A stretch of DNA of 64,000 bases from Octopus vulgaris (GCA_951406725.2 OX597815.1:45756001-45820000); one strand, 5' to 3'. Counted from the first letter of the stretch, positions 37,201 through 52,121 are shown. The notes: generated from the letters alone by a model not told the origin. Translations and numbers: made by a program.

Positions 37201-40200
37201 CATTAGGCTGGTGAGTTGATTGCAAATTATTTAAACAAGTCCTTGTGATATTTTATTTAGCAAAATGTTTGATTTGTCTGGTATATGTTATCATTATGGA
37301 TATGACATTTCAAGTTTGTAAAATTCAACTTGAGATTTTACTGTAAACTTCTGAATAATTGTAGTATTATGGAACTTTTTCTCATTTTGTATGTTGAAAC
37401 AGTTTCTTTTTGTTTTTGTATTCAGATTTGAATGTTATCAACATCCTTATCTTATGTTCATTTTTTATGTTGACATAGATATGTTTTGAAGTTATTACTC
37501 TCTTGGGCAAATAAGGAACCCCTGTCTCACTTGTACATTTGATTTTTGGTATGATTACTTTGTTGGATGCATTTATTGCCAACCATTTATCAAAGTGTGC
37601 TTAGAATATTTTATTGTGGCACCAGCATTAGAGAGGTTGTCTTGTTCCTGGCAAGACTAATGAGTCTGCTCTATTCTTTGATGTTGTTCACATACATATA
37701 ATGGATTCAGAGACCCACATGTTTACTATTTTATTTTTTGGTTCTTTTGATTATTTTAAAATTAGCCATGGTTTTCTATTTTATCCTTTAATATCTTTCC
37801 ATTCAAATCCATTACATAGTTTTTTTTTCCATCTAAGGCTGTAACAAGAACTGATTCTTAATAATCACTAAATTTAAATTTTTGATTTCAACAAAACTGT
37901 GCTGGGAAAAGCTTACTGTTTTGGAGATTTATGTGCTGGTAGCAGAAATATGTTGATGGTATTACTTTTTTTAAATTTTCAGACGCTAAAGCTATCTTGT
38001 CACCCATATTGTCCTCTGCCCAGGCCTTGTACTTTGTCAACTTCTTTCATCCCAGAACATGATCCCCTCTGAAATTCTTTATCTGTACATTTTTTCCCCC
38101 TGTGGTTGTTGATTTGTAATTATTTAAAAGATATATAAACTATTCTTTGATGGTTTTTGAAGGCTGTTGGTACTGCTTCTTCCTCCAGACTAATCGTCAT
38201 TAACATTTAGTATCCGTACTTTATGTTGGCATGGGTTGAATGACTAGGTAGGATTCAATAGGTCAGAGGACTGTGTCAAGCTCTAATGTCTGTTTGGGAT
38301 GATTACTATGGCTGGATGCTCTTCCTAACACCAACCAGTTTACAAAGTGTATTAGGTGCTTTTTCATGTCACCAGAACTAAAAGACAAAACCTCTTGATT
38401 GAGTTGAGGGGACATGGTGTTGCAGCAGGTGGCTTATGCCAGGTGTTAAGGGGAAAGAGTATAATACAAGGATCAGAACAAGTGTCTTGCCATAGAGGAG
38501 ATACATGACTACTATAACTAAAAAAAAAAACCTACCATATAGTTATAAAAGTTAAAAGAAAGTAGCTTTTAAGAAATATGACTGTGTGAATAGTTTTATC
38601 ATGGAAAAAAGGAATTATACCACATGCTCTTTTTCTTCTGCTGGTTGTTAATGAGTTAAACTTAATTAGTTTTAGCTGCAACTCTTGTAAAATTATTTGA
38701 AACTAAACCAATAAGCAAAATAAATTTATGTTTTGACTGTTTTTGTATTTTGTAAGTGATCCAAAACTTGGGCTTTTGAGATCTTGGCAGTGTACTTTCT
38801 AATGGTTTACTTACGGGGACCTGCTTAATAATTATTTCCAGAAAGCACAGATCATTCCTAATTCAATACAAACTTTAACTTCCTTGACAAGTCTCATATG
38901 TTTTGAAAATATTTAGTTCTGTCTATTTAGCCTGGGTTCAAATCCTATCATTGTTAACTTTAACCCTTTATTCCTCAAAGAGTGATCAAAGGAGTTCTAG
39001 TAATACTCTGGAGTTGATTCAATGAACCATACCACCAACCCTTAAAAGTATAGAACAGTGTTTTAGGAAGAAATCATTATTCAAAATAAACTACCATTTT
39101 TGTAGCATACAAGTTGATGTAGTGTATACTGTAAACATGTCATTATCTTCCCAAATCCTGCTGCATTTTACATGAAATTTTTGGTCCTCTAAAGTCATCT
39201 TGCTGTATAAGTTTTGGCAGTAGATTTTAGTCTGAAAAGTTTGACTTGTATGCCAGAAAATACAGTAATACAGTAATACAGAAATAAGTTTGTGGACAAT
39301 AAAATTACATCTTGCTTGAAGTTGTTTCACTGTATTTTCTGCTATTGTTAGGAAAGACATGGATACCATAACTTTCCATTTTTCTACTCCTAAAAATTTC
39401 AGACATTGCTAGAAATCATTATTATTTGAAAGAAATTGATTTACAACAGCCCATTGAATCAGTTCTATATTTAACATTCTATTCAGTTTCTCAGATCCCA
39501 ACTTTATCTTTATTTTATAAATAATATAAATGTCTGTTACTGTGTTAAATATGAGCATTTTTACAGATAAAAATTTTAATTTTATTGAAGTATCTATGAA
39601 TATGGTTGCTTTTACCATCCCCATGTGGCATCTACTAAAATTTATCTCTCTTCTCCTATTCTTGTATTAATTTCCAGTTATTTAAAACCTTTAAACGGTT
39701 TTCACAGCTGCACAGTCTCTTTATCAGCTCGGTGGAGACAAAGTAAAGGAAATTCACTTGGAATTCAGCCATTGTAACATAGTTGTCTATAAAAAGTTCA
39801 ACAGGAACTGTCATATACCTACTTTTTTCCATTATCTCGTTTAACTCTCGTTGCATCACGTGGAAGAGATGTACCTTTCTTCTGCAGTGTGAACTATCTG
39901 AAAAAGAAACAGCCTTTCAATTGATATACAATACCTTTCCTAGCAGAATGTCTATTTTTAATGGCATTTTTACTAAACAGTAATGTTAGTATATTTAAAC
40001 TGTGCTAAGTTTAGCAGCAATAACAGTAAAGCTGTAGCAATGTTTTTTTAAACAACTATTCCATTCGCTCATACCTTGCTATCTTTTTTGAAGCCCAAAA
40101 CTGTTCAGTGCATGTCCTACTTACTCTTTTTCTTTTCTTTCTTCTTTTTATTTTGATCCATCTTCTCTCTGGTGGTTGGAAGATAAATTGTACAGCGAAT

Positions 40201-40242
40201 TTGTTTTTTCTCATTATTTTTCTCTTATCATTTATTATTATT

Positions 40243-41375
40243 AAGGCAGTGAGATGGCAAAATCATTAGCACACTGGACGAAATGCTTTATAGCATTTCT
40301 TCTAGTTTTATGTTCTGAGTTCAAATACTGCCAAGATGGACTTTGCCTTTCATTCTCTTGGTGTCAATAAAATAAAGTACCAGTCAAGTTTGGGGTTGAT
40401 GTAATCGATTTGCTGCTCTCCTACCCAAATCTTTGACCTTGTACCAAAATTAGAAAGAAACATTATTATCATTATTACTATTGTCATTAAGGTGGTGAGC
40501 TGGCAGAGCCATTAGTATGCTGGATGAAATGCTTAGTGGTAATTCGCCTGTTGCTGTAGTCTGAGTTCAAGTTCTACTGAGGTTGACTTAGCTTTTCATC
40601 CTTTTGGGGGTCAATAAATTGAGTACCAGTGAAACACTGGGGTTGATGTAATCGACTATCCCCTTCCCCCAAATTTCAGACTTTGTGCCACCCAAATCTT
40701 TGATCTTGTGCCAAAATTAGAAAGGGTTATTACTATTGTTATTATTATTTTTATTATTTAAGGCAGTGAGCTGGCAGAATCATTAGCATGCTGAGCAAAA
40801 TGCTTAGCGGTATTTTGCCTGTTGCTGTGTCCTGAGTTTAAATTCCGTCAAGGTTGACTTTACCTTTCATCCTTTCGGGGTTGATAAAATAAGTACCAGT
40901 TGAACACTGTGGTTGTTGTAAATGACTCATCCCTTCCCCTAAAACTGCTGCCCTTGCGACAAAATTTGAAGCCATTATTATTTTTGTTATTTAAGGCAGT
41001 GAGCTGGCAGAATTGTTAGCACACTAGGCAAAATGCTAGTGGCATTTCGTGTGAGTTCAAATACCACCAAAGTTAATTTGCCTTTCATCCTTTCAGGGTC
41101 GATAAAATCAGTACCTATTTCTTTACTACCCACAAGGGGCTAAACACAGAGAGGACAGACAAATGGATTAAGTCGATTATATTGACCCCAGTGTGTAACT
41201 AGTACTTATTTAGTCGACCTCGGCAGAATTTGAACTCAGAACGTAACGGCAGACAAAATACCGCTAAGCATTTCGCCCGGCGTGCTAACGTTTCTGCCAG
41301 CTCGCCGCTGGAGTCGAAGTAGTCGACTAGTCCCCACCTCCCTATTTCAGGCCTTGTGCTTACAGTAGAAAGGAT
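40243..41375 (+). repeat. Second head-to-tail SINE array (4 units) with a nested antisense young SINE (41116-41308)
   Basis: Units start at about 40243, 40489, 40759 and 40992. The last unit is split by a CpG-rich inverted copy. Confidence 0.85.
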
Positions 41376-42536
41376 TATTAGTATTATTATTGTTGTTTTT
41401 GGTGTTGTTATTGTATTTTTAATTCTTCAAAGCCTGATGTTAGCTTGTGGTTACATTGTCTTTTTATTTTAACTGGAGTTCTACTTTCATGGATTTTAAC
41501 TGAGGCAAATTACATCTAAATTTAGTATCTTCCTCATTTACATATTATGGTTTAACATCATGTAACGTCCACTTTTTCATGCTTTCATGGGTTGGATGGA
41601 ATTTGTTAAAGTGGATTTACTACAGCCGGATGCCCCTCCTGTCACCAACTCAAAAATGTTTCCAAGTCAGGTAACATTCCCTATGATTGGACATGATACA
41701 ACTTATGTTAGTGTGTTTACATTCCTGTTACTTAGATTATACTAAAGTTTTTTAATATAAAAAAATACTAAAGTTTTTTACTATAATCACAACTGTCTGA
41801 TGAATTTTAATTTAAAACTCTGAGTAACATTATTTACAATGGACGGATAGGTGTCCTCATCTTGTTTGTTGTTACCATAATGTTTTGGCTGATGTACTCT
41901 CCAGCCTTCATCAGTCTTCATCAAATGCAACTCTTTATTTGAATACTGGGGTATCTGTTGATATTATTTCCCAAGTCCCTCCCTGGGATTCACCTCAGAA
42001 TCCGAAGGTTAGTAGCTTGTGCTCTTATCCACTATATATGCCCATGGGCAATTTTAGAGCGAATTTTTGGGCTTGTAAACCTAATATTTTATCTTTTCTT
42101 AGTACTGGTTCCCATATTACATTCATATCTGCACTTGTAAATAATGTAGATAATTCCTCATCTCAAAAATATAGATTAGTACTATGAGTAACAGTTTGTA
42201 AAGATTTTTTTGGCTTTAATAAGAAACATATTACTCTACATTTGGTATTCATTTTCTTACCTTGTTTTGTATTTATGTGTTGACCTGTGTATATATATAT
42301 ATACACAGTCAACCAGTGTTAGTGTGTTTATGTCCCAATAACTTAGCAGTTCAGCAAAAAAGACCAATAGAGTAAGTACTGGGCTTACAAAGAATAAGTC
42401 CTGGATTTGAGTTCTTTGATTAAAACCCTTTAAGGTGGTGCTCCAGCATGGCCACAGTCAGATGCCAGAAATAAGTAAAAGAATAAAAGAATCGGCGCCC
42501 TAGCATGGCTGCAGTCTAATGACTGAAACAAGCAAA

Positions 42537-42586
<50 letters not shown>

Positions 42587-44378
42587 GCATGTGAACTAGT
42601 AGTTAGAATATTGCACTTACAATCTTGTAATCCTGGTTTCAGTTCCCAGATTGGTAGTGCTCTGTGTTCTTGAGCTAAACACATTGTTTCATATTGCTCT
42701 GGTCCACTCAGCTGTAAATGGCTAACCATGCAATGGATTGGCAACCTGTTTGAGGGAATGTTGGCCTGCCTCTCTAGCCAGTGAGATGGCATCATTCAAA
42801 CGATACAATACTACAGTGTAGCACATTGTGACCAGCAGTGTGTAATAGCTAATAGTCTGGTTGATACAGGGATATATATGTACGTGTGTGTGTGTGTACA
42901 CATACACGTAATGTCAAGATGACATCTTCAGTTTGCTTCTTCTCTCATCTCGCCAACACATCTCTCATCTACTTATCTGTCACTTAGCCTTCTTATCTTA
43001 CATTCCTTTATCACTATCTTATCTATGCCACTGTCATCCATGTCTCTAGTGTTTCTACCTTTATCACTTATCAATCATGCATCCAATTTTCATTCTCTTA
43101 TTGCCCAGCTCTTGATCACTCCTCTTTTCACCCTCACTGTGTTATACTTCTGGTGTGATTAATGATAACAGTTGAGCCTCTTCAGCTCACCATACTATAC
43201 ATTATTTCTCATATTACTAGGTATGCCATCTGACTCAATGCTCTACTCCTCTCTCTCTTTCTTTCATCCCTATTATCAAGCACTCTCAACATTTTTAGGT
43301 ATGTTTTTATGGCACCTCATCAGGTCTGTGTGCACCTCATACATTCCACCTATTTTCTCCATTGGCCATTTGGTATTGACAGCCATCATTCACTTTCACC
43401 ACTTATTTATCTTTCACTTTCCGTCACTCTCTCTCACCTGTATCTCTTCTCTTGTGCTGATGCCACAATAAAATGCACTCAGCAACATGATTATGTTAGG
43501 CAGGGCATCTAGTCATAGAAACCAAGTAAAAAAATGAAACTTACGAGTAAAATTTAGTCTCCTGACCCATCTGGATGAACAGAAATAACCTGTCCAACCC
43601 ATGCTAAGAGTGCAGAAAGTGGACATAAAATGATGACAGTGACAATGATGATGATGATGGGGATGAAGATGAATTTGAAAAAATTTAGTAAAATAACTAT
43701 TTCATTAATTGGTGTATTGAGCTTGTGTTTGGCCTATAGCTTAACAAAAGTTAAACACCGGAAAATTACAATGGAAATTTTTTGCGTATATATATGAACA
43801 TTTTAAAACAAGCAGTTTCTTTTTCAAATTTTAGAGTTTAATATTGAAAGGGTTAATCAAATTCCACCAAGATCAACTTTGTCTGTCATCCTTTTAGGGT
43901 CATTGAAATAAGTACCAGTTAAAAACTGGGTCAGTCTAATTGGCCTATCCCTCCCCCCAAATTGCTGGCCTTGTGTTAAAACTTGAAAGTGATATTAAAA
44001 GGGTTAATTAGTGTTAGCTGCATAAGTCTTTGTAACTAAATACTATACTTAGAATCAATTATTTTTTATTGTTGTAAAACTTTGTGTCAAACTTGTCTTT
44101 ATTGCCATTATCTTTATAAATTCTAATTCTCTTTCTGGGTATTCAAACGTTACAAGAAAGTGACATTGCTATTAAGAACAACAATATTTGTAACAGTGGC
44201 TTCAAATTATGGTGCATTGAAAATATAACCTTCTTGTATATGTAACCTTCTTTAAACTAGTTATACTAACAAACCTACTTTTAGTATTTTCACTTCCGGG
44301 TTTACGCATTCTTGCCTCCATTACTGTTTATAAATCTTTCATTAAATTTCATCATCTTGTATTTCGTGTATTTCACTT

Positions 44379-44561
44379 TCATCATCATCATCATCATCAT
44401 TAATGTCCACTTTCCATGCTAGCATGGGTTGGACGATTTGACTGAGGACTGGAGAACCTGATGGATGCACCAGGCTATCTGGTTCGCCAGTCCTCAGTCA
44501 AATCGTCCAACCCATGCTAGCATGGAAAGCGGGCGTTAAATGATGATAAGGATGATGATGA
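44379..44561. repeat. Hairpin formed by two inverted RTE 3' tails
   Basis: (CAT)n..TTTCCATGCTAGCATGGGTTGGACGATTTGACTGAGGACTGG / CCAGTCCTCAGTCAAATCGTCCAACCCATGCTAGCATGGAAA..(GAT)n. Confidence 0.85.
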
Positions 44562-47500
44562 AATGAGATTTCTTATGCCTTTTAATTTCATACTGTAAAT
44601 AAAAAAAAACTTGGGGTAACTGCATTGGAATTTGGGTTCATTTAAACGTTCAATCATCATTAATTAAGCACACTTTTAATTATTAATAATGACATTTTAT
44701 TGTATTTGTTTTCCGAACATAAAATAAATAAAAGGATTCAGAATTTGTGGTTACTTCAACAATTCAGCAGTCATAACATGAACAGTGTTGATGAATTCTT
44801 ATAAAAATGAAATGATAAAACTAAGGAAACCAGGAAATACAAATTTAAAAACTAAAAGTTTATGGCATTTATTTATATAGGCTTACCTCAAATTATGTTG
44901 ATTATTGGTTTCATAATATGTGACAACTTGAAAAATGGCATAACATGAAAAAATCATTTAAAAAAATCTATTAGCTTATATCTGTTTTATATCTGTTTGT
45001 ACATGTTTTCACATGTATTTGATTTGATTTCTCCATTTCAGTGTTGGTTTTTAAATGTTTTTTTATTAATTTTTTATGCTTTTAAACATATTTGCTCAGA
45101 CCAATATAAAGTTGAATAAATCAACTGAAGTTGAGGTGTATTTCTTAAGAAAAAAAAATGATGTAAAGTTGAAAAAGATGTAACCTGAAATGAGCTAAGT
45201 TGAGATATGCCTCCACTCTTAAATGTATTCTTAGTTGATTACAAAATTAAGTTTTGTGGTATTTAGTACTTGGTGTATAGCTTAATGTAGTCCAATATAT
45301 AGGTCTCTGTGAAGAGGAAGAAGACTATAGATAATAAGCTCCCATAGACATTGAGAAATCTGAGTAGGTTTATTTACTGTAGAACTGATAAGTTTGTGGG
45401 TAATGTACTGAAGTGACACGTCAATGATAATCTTATAACTGAAATGTAGAAGAGTAACATGTGTGAGTTTTTAGCAACATAAAAGAAACCACAAGTTGAT
45501 TACCTAATTACTTTCAACCAAAATAGCTACTGGTCTTCAGTTTGTAGACATAACAAGCTTACATTTATTGTAAATTGTTAAATTATCTTCATCAGAGCCC
45601 CTGCTTATAAATAGCTTTTACCGTTTTTAAAACATTTAAAAGCAAATGTCTATCTTGTAAATAACAGTTTAATCCCTTTGCATTTAAACCAGCCACATCA
45701 GGCCCAATTGTTCTATCTATTTTATGTTCAAATTGACCAGATCCAGCCTTTCATATTTGTCCTACAATTTCATTCTAAAAATAAACAGTTACATCATCAT
45801 CAAAATCTTGAAGCTTCAAGATATTGCATTGTCAATTCAAAACAATTTGAATAAATAAGCATTACATTTGACAGAGTGATTTGAATGCTAAAGGGTTGAA
45901 AGTGTATTTAGCAAGGTCACCTTTAAAATTGTTAATTTCAAAATGAAAAACATTTCAAATGATCATATTGTCTTCAAATTGAACCTTAATTAGTTGTTTG
46001 AATTAATTTCTGTTTTTCTGACAGCTTTCATCAAATAGCACTTCTACCTTTTCTCTGAAAATGATATTTCTGACAAACTTGTTCTGGTCGGATATGTGGA
46101 CTGTAGTTGTTTAATGTTTTTTTTTTGTTGCTGATAAAACATTTTTTTGTTTTATCTACTGCCATCATAGCATTACAGTATGCTGTAGTATCTATCATAC
46201 TTGTATGATAGGGCCTACAAAGGTTGTGGGCACTCTCTGACTAATTCATGAAAAAAAGTTTATCTCAGTTTACAAAGTGTTAGGATAATGGTCAAACAAC
46301 AAAATTTACCCATGTGAAGATTTGAGTTCATCACTCCAAGCTAAATGAAATGCATTTAGCTGCTCTTTGTGGAATTAATTTATGGCCAAGTGGGCAAGGC
46401 CATAAAAAGTCTTTTTTCACATTGATTCATCACAGAAATTCAATACAACTTTGACTGGTTGTTGTTGTATCAGCTGCCTTGATAAAACAGATCAGATTTA
46501 TAGTCAGATGATATGACCGTACTACTGTGTCCTCTGGAAAAGTGTACCTCAGTTATAACATTCTCCAATATGTACTTTATGACAATAATATATGGTTTGA
46601 GGGAATTTTGGTTGTTATTTCTTATACAGTGAACAACTATGTAGAGGCTTTCTCATTAGCTTAGAGGAACTTTCTAGTGGTACTCTATCACCTTTACCCA
46701 TTGTGACTCTAATAATCAAACATTGTGTTACAGAAAATTAATCATCCCTCACCACTGCTCGACAACCTGTGTTGGTTTGTTTAAGTTCCTGTAATTTAGT
46801 GGTGTGGTAAAAGAGGCTGATAGGATAAGCACCAAGCTTATAAAAAAAATAAGTACTGGGGTCAATTTGTTTGATTCAAATTCCCCAAGATGGTGCTCCA
46901 GCATGACCACTGTCTAATAACTGAAACAAGTTAAAGGTAAAAGGTATTGTAAAATATAAAATTATAGTTGTATGAAATTTATGTTCAATTATATAAAAAA
47001 TACCCTTGAGAAATATTAGTTTCCAGTTTTGGCACAAGGCCTGCAATTTCAGGGTAGGGATTAAGTTGATTACATTGACCCCAGTGCTCAACTGGTACTA
47101 TTTTATTGACCCCGAAAGGATGAAAGGCAAAGTCAACTTTGGTGGAATTTGAACTCAGAATATAAAGACGGATGAAATACTGCTAAGCATTTTGCTCAGT
47201 GTGCTAATCATTACAGCTAGCTTGCCACATTATCCTTAAGAAATATTAGAATATTATTTATTATCAAAAGATAACATTCTTTTAGAAAAGAAAAATCCTT
47301 TTATTAGATAATTACACATACTACTTGTAGATCAAGAAAGTTATTATATTCTGATAACCCTGTGTTGATTCCTAATTGATTCAAATAATATATGCTTAGT
47401 TGTCTTTGCAAGGTATTTAGATTTTGTGTGTGTGTGTAAACAGAAATAGAGTAACTCATATTTGAAAACAGTGACATCATATACATTAATTAAAAAGTTT

Positions 47501-49639
47501 TAAACACTTTCTTTCAATGTTAGATAGTTTGGCAAAGCTGAATAGTTTAATTAATTATCAAGATAGATATTTTATGGATTTTTTAACTGAGAGGTAGGAG
47601 TGGTACTATTTTTGTTGTTTGATAAGTAGGATAAGTGAACTTAGCATTGCTCAAAGTAGTTTTTGTTATTTTGTTAGAATTAATGACCTACAGGTGAAAT
47701 ATCCAGGTCTTCAGCAATAAATGTATTACTTGCAGTTGTTACATCTCTGAGAGAAAGAAGGGAAGTGAGAAGAAATGAGAAGGAAAAAGAGAGGGGAGGG
47801 AAAGAGAGAAAGGTGTCAAAAAAAAGTTAAGAAATCAAGAAGTAAGTTCATGTAGGTACTGCACCTGAAATATTTTTAGTGAAAGTGGGATAGCAATTAC
47901 ATTAGTATCCTAAATAATTCCATATAAAACAATCATGTCCCTCCAAAAAACAAAATAACAAAAATGTTAAATTTTCTTCATAAATAAAATGTTAGAATTG
48001 TTGCTGTTGTTGTTGTTATTGATGTGGATACTGTTTTGTATTTTGTGCTAATGTAATTTGTTTACTTTCCTCTACAGAGCAGAATGGCTCTTTGGGTTTA
48101 ATTTCTGGGTCTGTACTGTTTGGTCAGAACCAAGAAATCAGTTAGCTCTTATTTTACTGCCATAGAGCTCCACTGCCATTTGTTTGAGTTTGAACTTATC
48201 ATCATCGTCATTGTGCCTATATAACTGGATCCAGATGATGCTATCAGATCTCCAGAGTACCTATTGTGGGTAGGTGAGCTTCATTAAGGCTTGACACTTC
48301 ATAAATGTATCACTGAAAATGATTCCTTACCCTGTCTATTTCCTTTAATTTTCCCCATTCTTTATTAAAGAGGGCCTATAGTTTTTTTTTAGATTAATTA
48401 TTCAGAATAACTGAGATTAATATGGGTAATATTTGGCTTGCGCTTTTAATGATTAAAAAAATAGAAAGAAAAAAAATGTTTGAGTGAAGGGAATTCTAAA
48501 TGAAGAGAGATCTAGAGAAGGATTGAGCATTTTGTACAGGATCTGGGAGATGAGGTACAGAAGAGGTGATGAAAAAAAAAAAAAAAAATGAATTGGAAGT
48601 GTTTCTATATAAAATAAAATCACATTTATCTGTTGAAGTGTTGAGGAGCATCTTGTCACCCTTAGGGATGATTGATGACTTGTACAGTGACTTTGTTTAA
48701 TGTGAAGAAGAGTTGTGCACCATCAACCTGACTCTCTTGTCTGTGTCTATCTTCAATCCAGTGGCAAGACCAAGTCAAGACAAATGGAGATAGAGATAGA
48801 TGGAATAGATGACCAAGATATCTTAATTGTCTTATGCTCTTTGCAATTCACAATGCACTAATGCAACTACTTTCCCCTCTGTTGAGCCATGAAGGTTTCT
48901 TGCACAGCCTGTGCAATCTAGTCTTCACATGCATTGATAGGCAACCCCTAATATGCCAATTAACCCATAGCTGGCACCTGGGTCAGAGTAGACCTGGGAA
49001 CTGTAATAGCTAAGAGGTGGTTCCACACTCTTCGAAACCCAGGAACTCCTGAACTAGAACCCCACTACCAGATACAGTTTAAAGTCATATCCACGACAAT
49101 ATAATAAAATAAAACACCATCAAATTAAACATAATTTTTGCAGTTATTAAGAAGAGAAATTTTTAAAATGATTAGAATAATTAGCTGAAATTTTGATATA
49201 AAATACCTGATATCATTAAGATATCTCTTAGTGTGAATCACCAGTGAAAATATAGTTTACTGGTTTTCTATTGTAATTGTTAGTAATAATTTTAAAAGAA
49301 CCAAATTTTTAACCTTTTGGAAGTGAACTCTAGTGCATTAGGAGCTTAAAAGAAATTCTTTCCATAAGAGGTGTATAATAGATTTAAACATTTTTATTAC
49401 ACATACTGTATTATTATTTTTAGTAAAAGTATGAACATTACAGCATATAATTTCTTTTACATATAAATCTAATGCCTAGTGGCTCTGGAAAAAATCATTA
49501 TACTACTACTGGTACCTCTAAAACTACCAACATTGCCGCTACTACTACTACAACTTGGCAATAAACTGTAGTTATCTATGTCCTGGTTTTGATTCTCATT
49601 TGAAACTGATTTGCTTTGTTTATGCTGATGTAAAATTTG

Positions 49640-50050
49640 TTTCTAGCATTGGCACAAGGCCTGAAATTTGTGGAAGGGAGCTAGTTGGTTACATCAGTCT
49701 CAGTATTTGATGGGTTGTTCATTTTATCAACCCTGGATAGATGAACAGCAAAGATGACCTTGGTGGAATTTGAACTCAGAATGCAATGAGTCAAAAGAAA
49801 TACCACTAAGCTCTAACAATTTTGCCAACTCACTGCTTCATACTGTGGGCACAAGGCCAGCAATTTCAGGGTAGGGATTAAGTCAATTACATCAATCCCA
49901 GTGTTCAACTGGTACTTATTTTATTCCTGAAAGAATGAAAGGCAAAGTCGACCTCAACAGAATTTGAACTCCAAATGTGAAAATGGATGAAATGTTGCTA
50001 AGCATTTTGTCTGGAATGGTAATGATTCTGCAAGCTTACCATCTTTCGCT
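49640..50050 (-). mobile_element. Two tandem Meta-domain-like SINEs
   Basis: Reverse complements of the 220-bp unit. Single copies also at about 33010-33225, 35920-36135, 36995-37195, 47020-47235, 57170-57390. Confidence 0.8.
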
Positions 50051-51488
50051 GTTCTAAAATTATTAATTACTATTTTTATTATTAGTGACTGATGTTCAAA
50101 GGACTGAATTACTGGAGTTGGAGCCACTTTATCTGGGATTATAAATTTAAATTCTTTATTTGAATTTTTCCTTTCTTATAAACCTAAAGTTTCATATGTT
50201 TATATTGATTTCGTATGATTTAAATGTATTTATATATTAAATACAGACTCATTTAGTTGGTAGACTTTTAACTCAACACTCTTGAATTGTTTTACAGCAT
50301 CTTTGATTGATTTTGTCTTATTCTCTTTGGACAAGGCAAGGTCTTTATACCTACAAATTACTAGAGACTGTTTTATACTTTCATACACTGCCTTTCAGTT
50401 AGAAGAGGGCCAAATTTGCTGTTTATAATAGCTATTTCAGAGTACTTACTGGTAAGTTAGAGGCAATATTACTGTATTTTGTCAGAAGAATGTGGGGAGT
50501 TGTTTAGATATATAGATTAATTAGTACAGAAAAATGTAAAACGTGAGGAAACTAATGATAGCTGTCTTCAGGTAAAAAAAAAAAATTAAAAAAAAGGTAA
50601 TAGAATATACAAAAAAATCAGTATTTACCACTCCTCTTGACACAGAAACTTATTTTATGAATTTTATTATTCTGGTAGTGAGTTTTTTTTTTTTTTTTTT
50701 TTGTTTTTAGAAATGCCTCTTGCCACTTAGAAAATATCACATAATTCTTTACCCTTTTCCTTACAGACCTTATACTTTTTAAATAATCTTAATCAACATT
50801 ATTATTATTGTTGCTGATGTCTATTTAAGAAATTGTCATCTATGATTTAAACCTACATTTAAGACCCCCTATTTCATCCTGAAAAATGATGTCTTGTTTT
50901 TGGAATGGGGAATCTTGAAACACATTAAGCTATAAATAATAGCCTGTAAAATAATATTAGATTTTAAAAAACCCTTTGGATATAAAAATTCAAAGGCTTA
51001 TTAAAGGTTTTTTTTAGCCTGATATTTACATGCTATTATTTATAGCTTAATGTACTTCAAGATTCACTGTTCCAAAAAAGAGCTATTTCATATTATCAAA
51101 AGTTTCTAAATTCTTATGATGTCTTTTGTTTCATTATAAAAAAAATGGAGAAAAAACAAACAAACAACATTAATGATTAAAATATGAAGTGTCCTGCTCT
51201 AATGTTGGTTTTCTTTGCCAAACCCTTTGCTGTGGCCCTTTAGCTCTCCTCTTTATAGCCATACTATTGATTCCACCAGCCACCACCTCCACCACCACAT
51301 CCACCACCACATCCACCACCATTACCATAGTGTTTTCTTGTGAACTTTTTTTTTTCTGTTAGTATGTCAGCATTGAGATAGTGTCTGCATGTACTATTTT
51401 CTGTGCATGGAATTTTATTCTGATTATAGTTCCATTGTACATAATATTTATGTCTGGTACCATTGTCATCACCATTATGATTGCTCTA

Positions 51489-51525
<37 letters not shown>

Positions 51526-52069
51526 CCATTGAGGCATCAGTTCTTTTGAAATGCTCTTGTTATGGTAGAATTTATACCTTTAGAATGTGTTGCTTAGCAG
51601 TTTTGCATGACAGAGTTGAGTCTTTTTGAAATTTAGATCCATTCATTGAAATCTTGTAAAAATTCTTTTAATAGCAGTCACTCTTTTCATTTGAGATATG
51701 CAATACAATTATTTTGTGAGCATTCATTTCATTGACAAATAGCTTAGCAAAATTGACTTGGGTTTTGGTTGTAGTCATTCGATTTCTTTGCATTCAGAAT
51801 TCTGTTGTTATTTGTTGCATAAACTGTACCACTGGGTGACTTCAGTATTATATTTTGCTCATATCTTTTACTTGTTTCAGTCATTGGACTGCTGCCATAT
51901 TGGGCCGCCACTTTGAAAGGTTTAATTGAATAAATCAACCCTGGTACTTATTTTTTTGAGTTTGGCACCTATTCTTCTGGTCTCTTTTGCCAAACTGTTG
52001 AATTATAAAGTTGTAAACAAACCAATACAAACACAAAGACACACACACACACATGCGCACACACACACG

Positions 52070-52121
<52 letters not shown>

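Noticed and set aside
37426-37604. Hydrophobic peptide GTPVSLVHLIFGMITLLDAFIA as a candidate next ARL6IP1 exon
   Set aside because: Flanked by in-frame stops, with no compatible phase-2 acceptor or donor.
41885-42187. 100-aa ORF, with an antisense frame vaguely like a CR1/L2 C-terminus
   Set aside because: Similarity is too weak to call. The block is flanked by PLE-like repeat ends and is probably TE debris.
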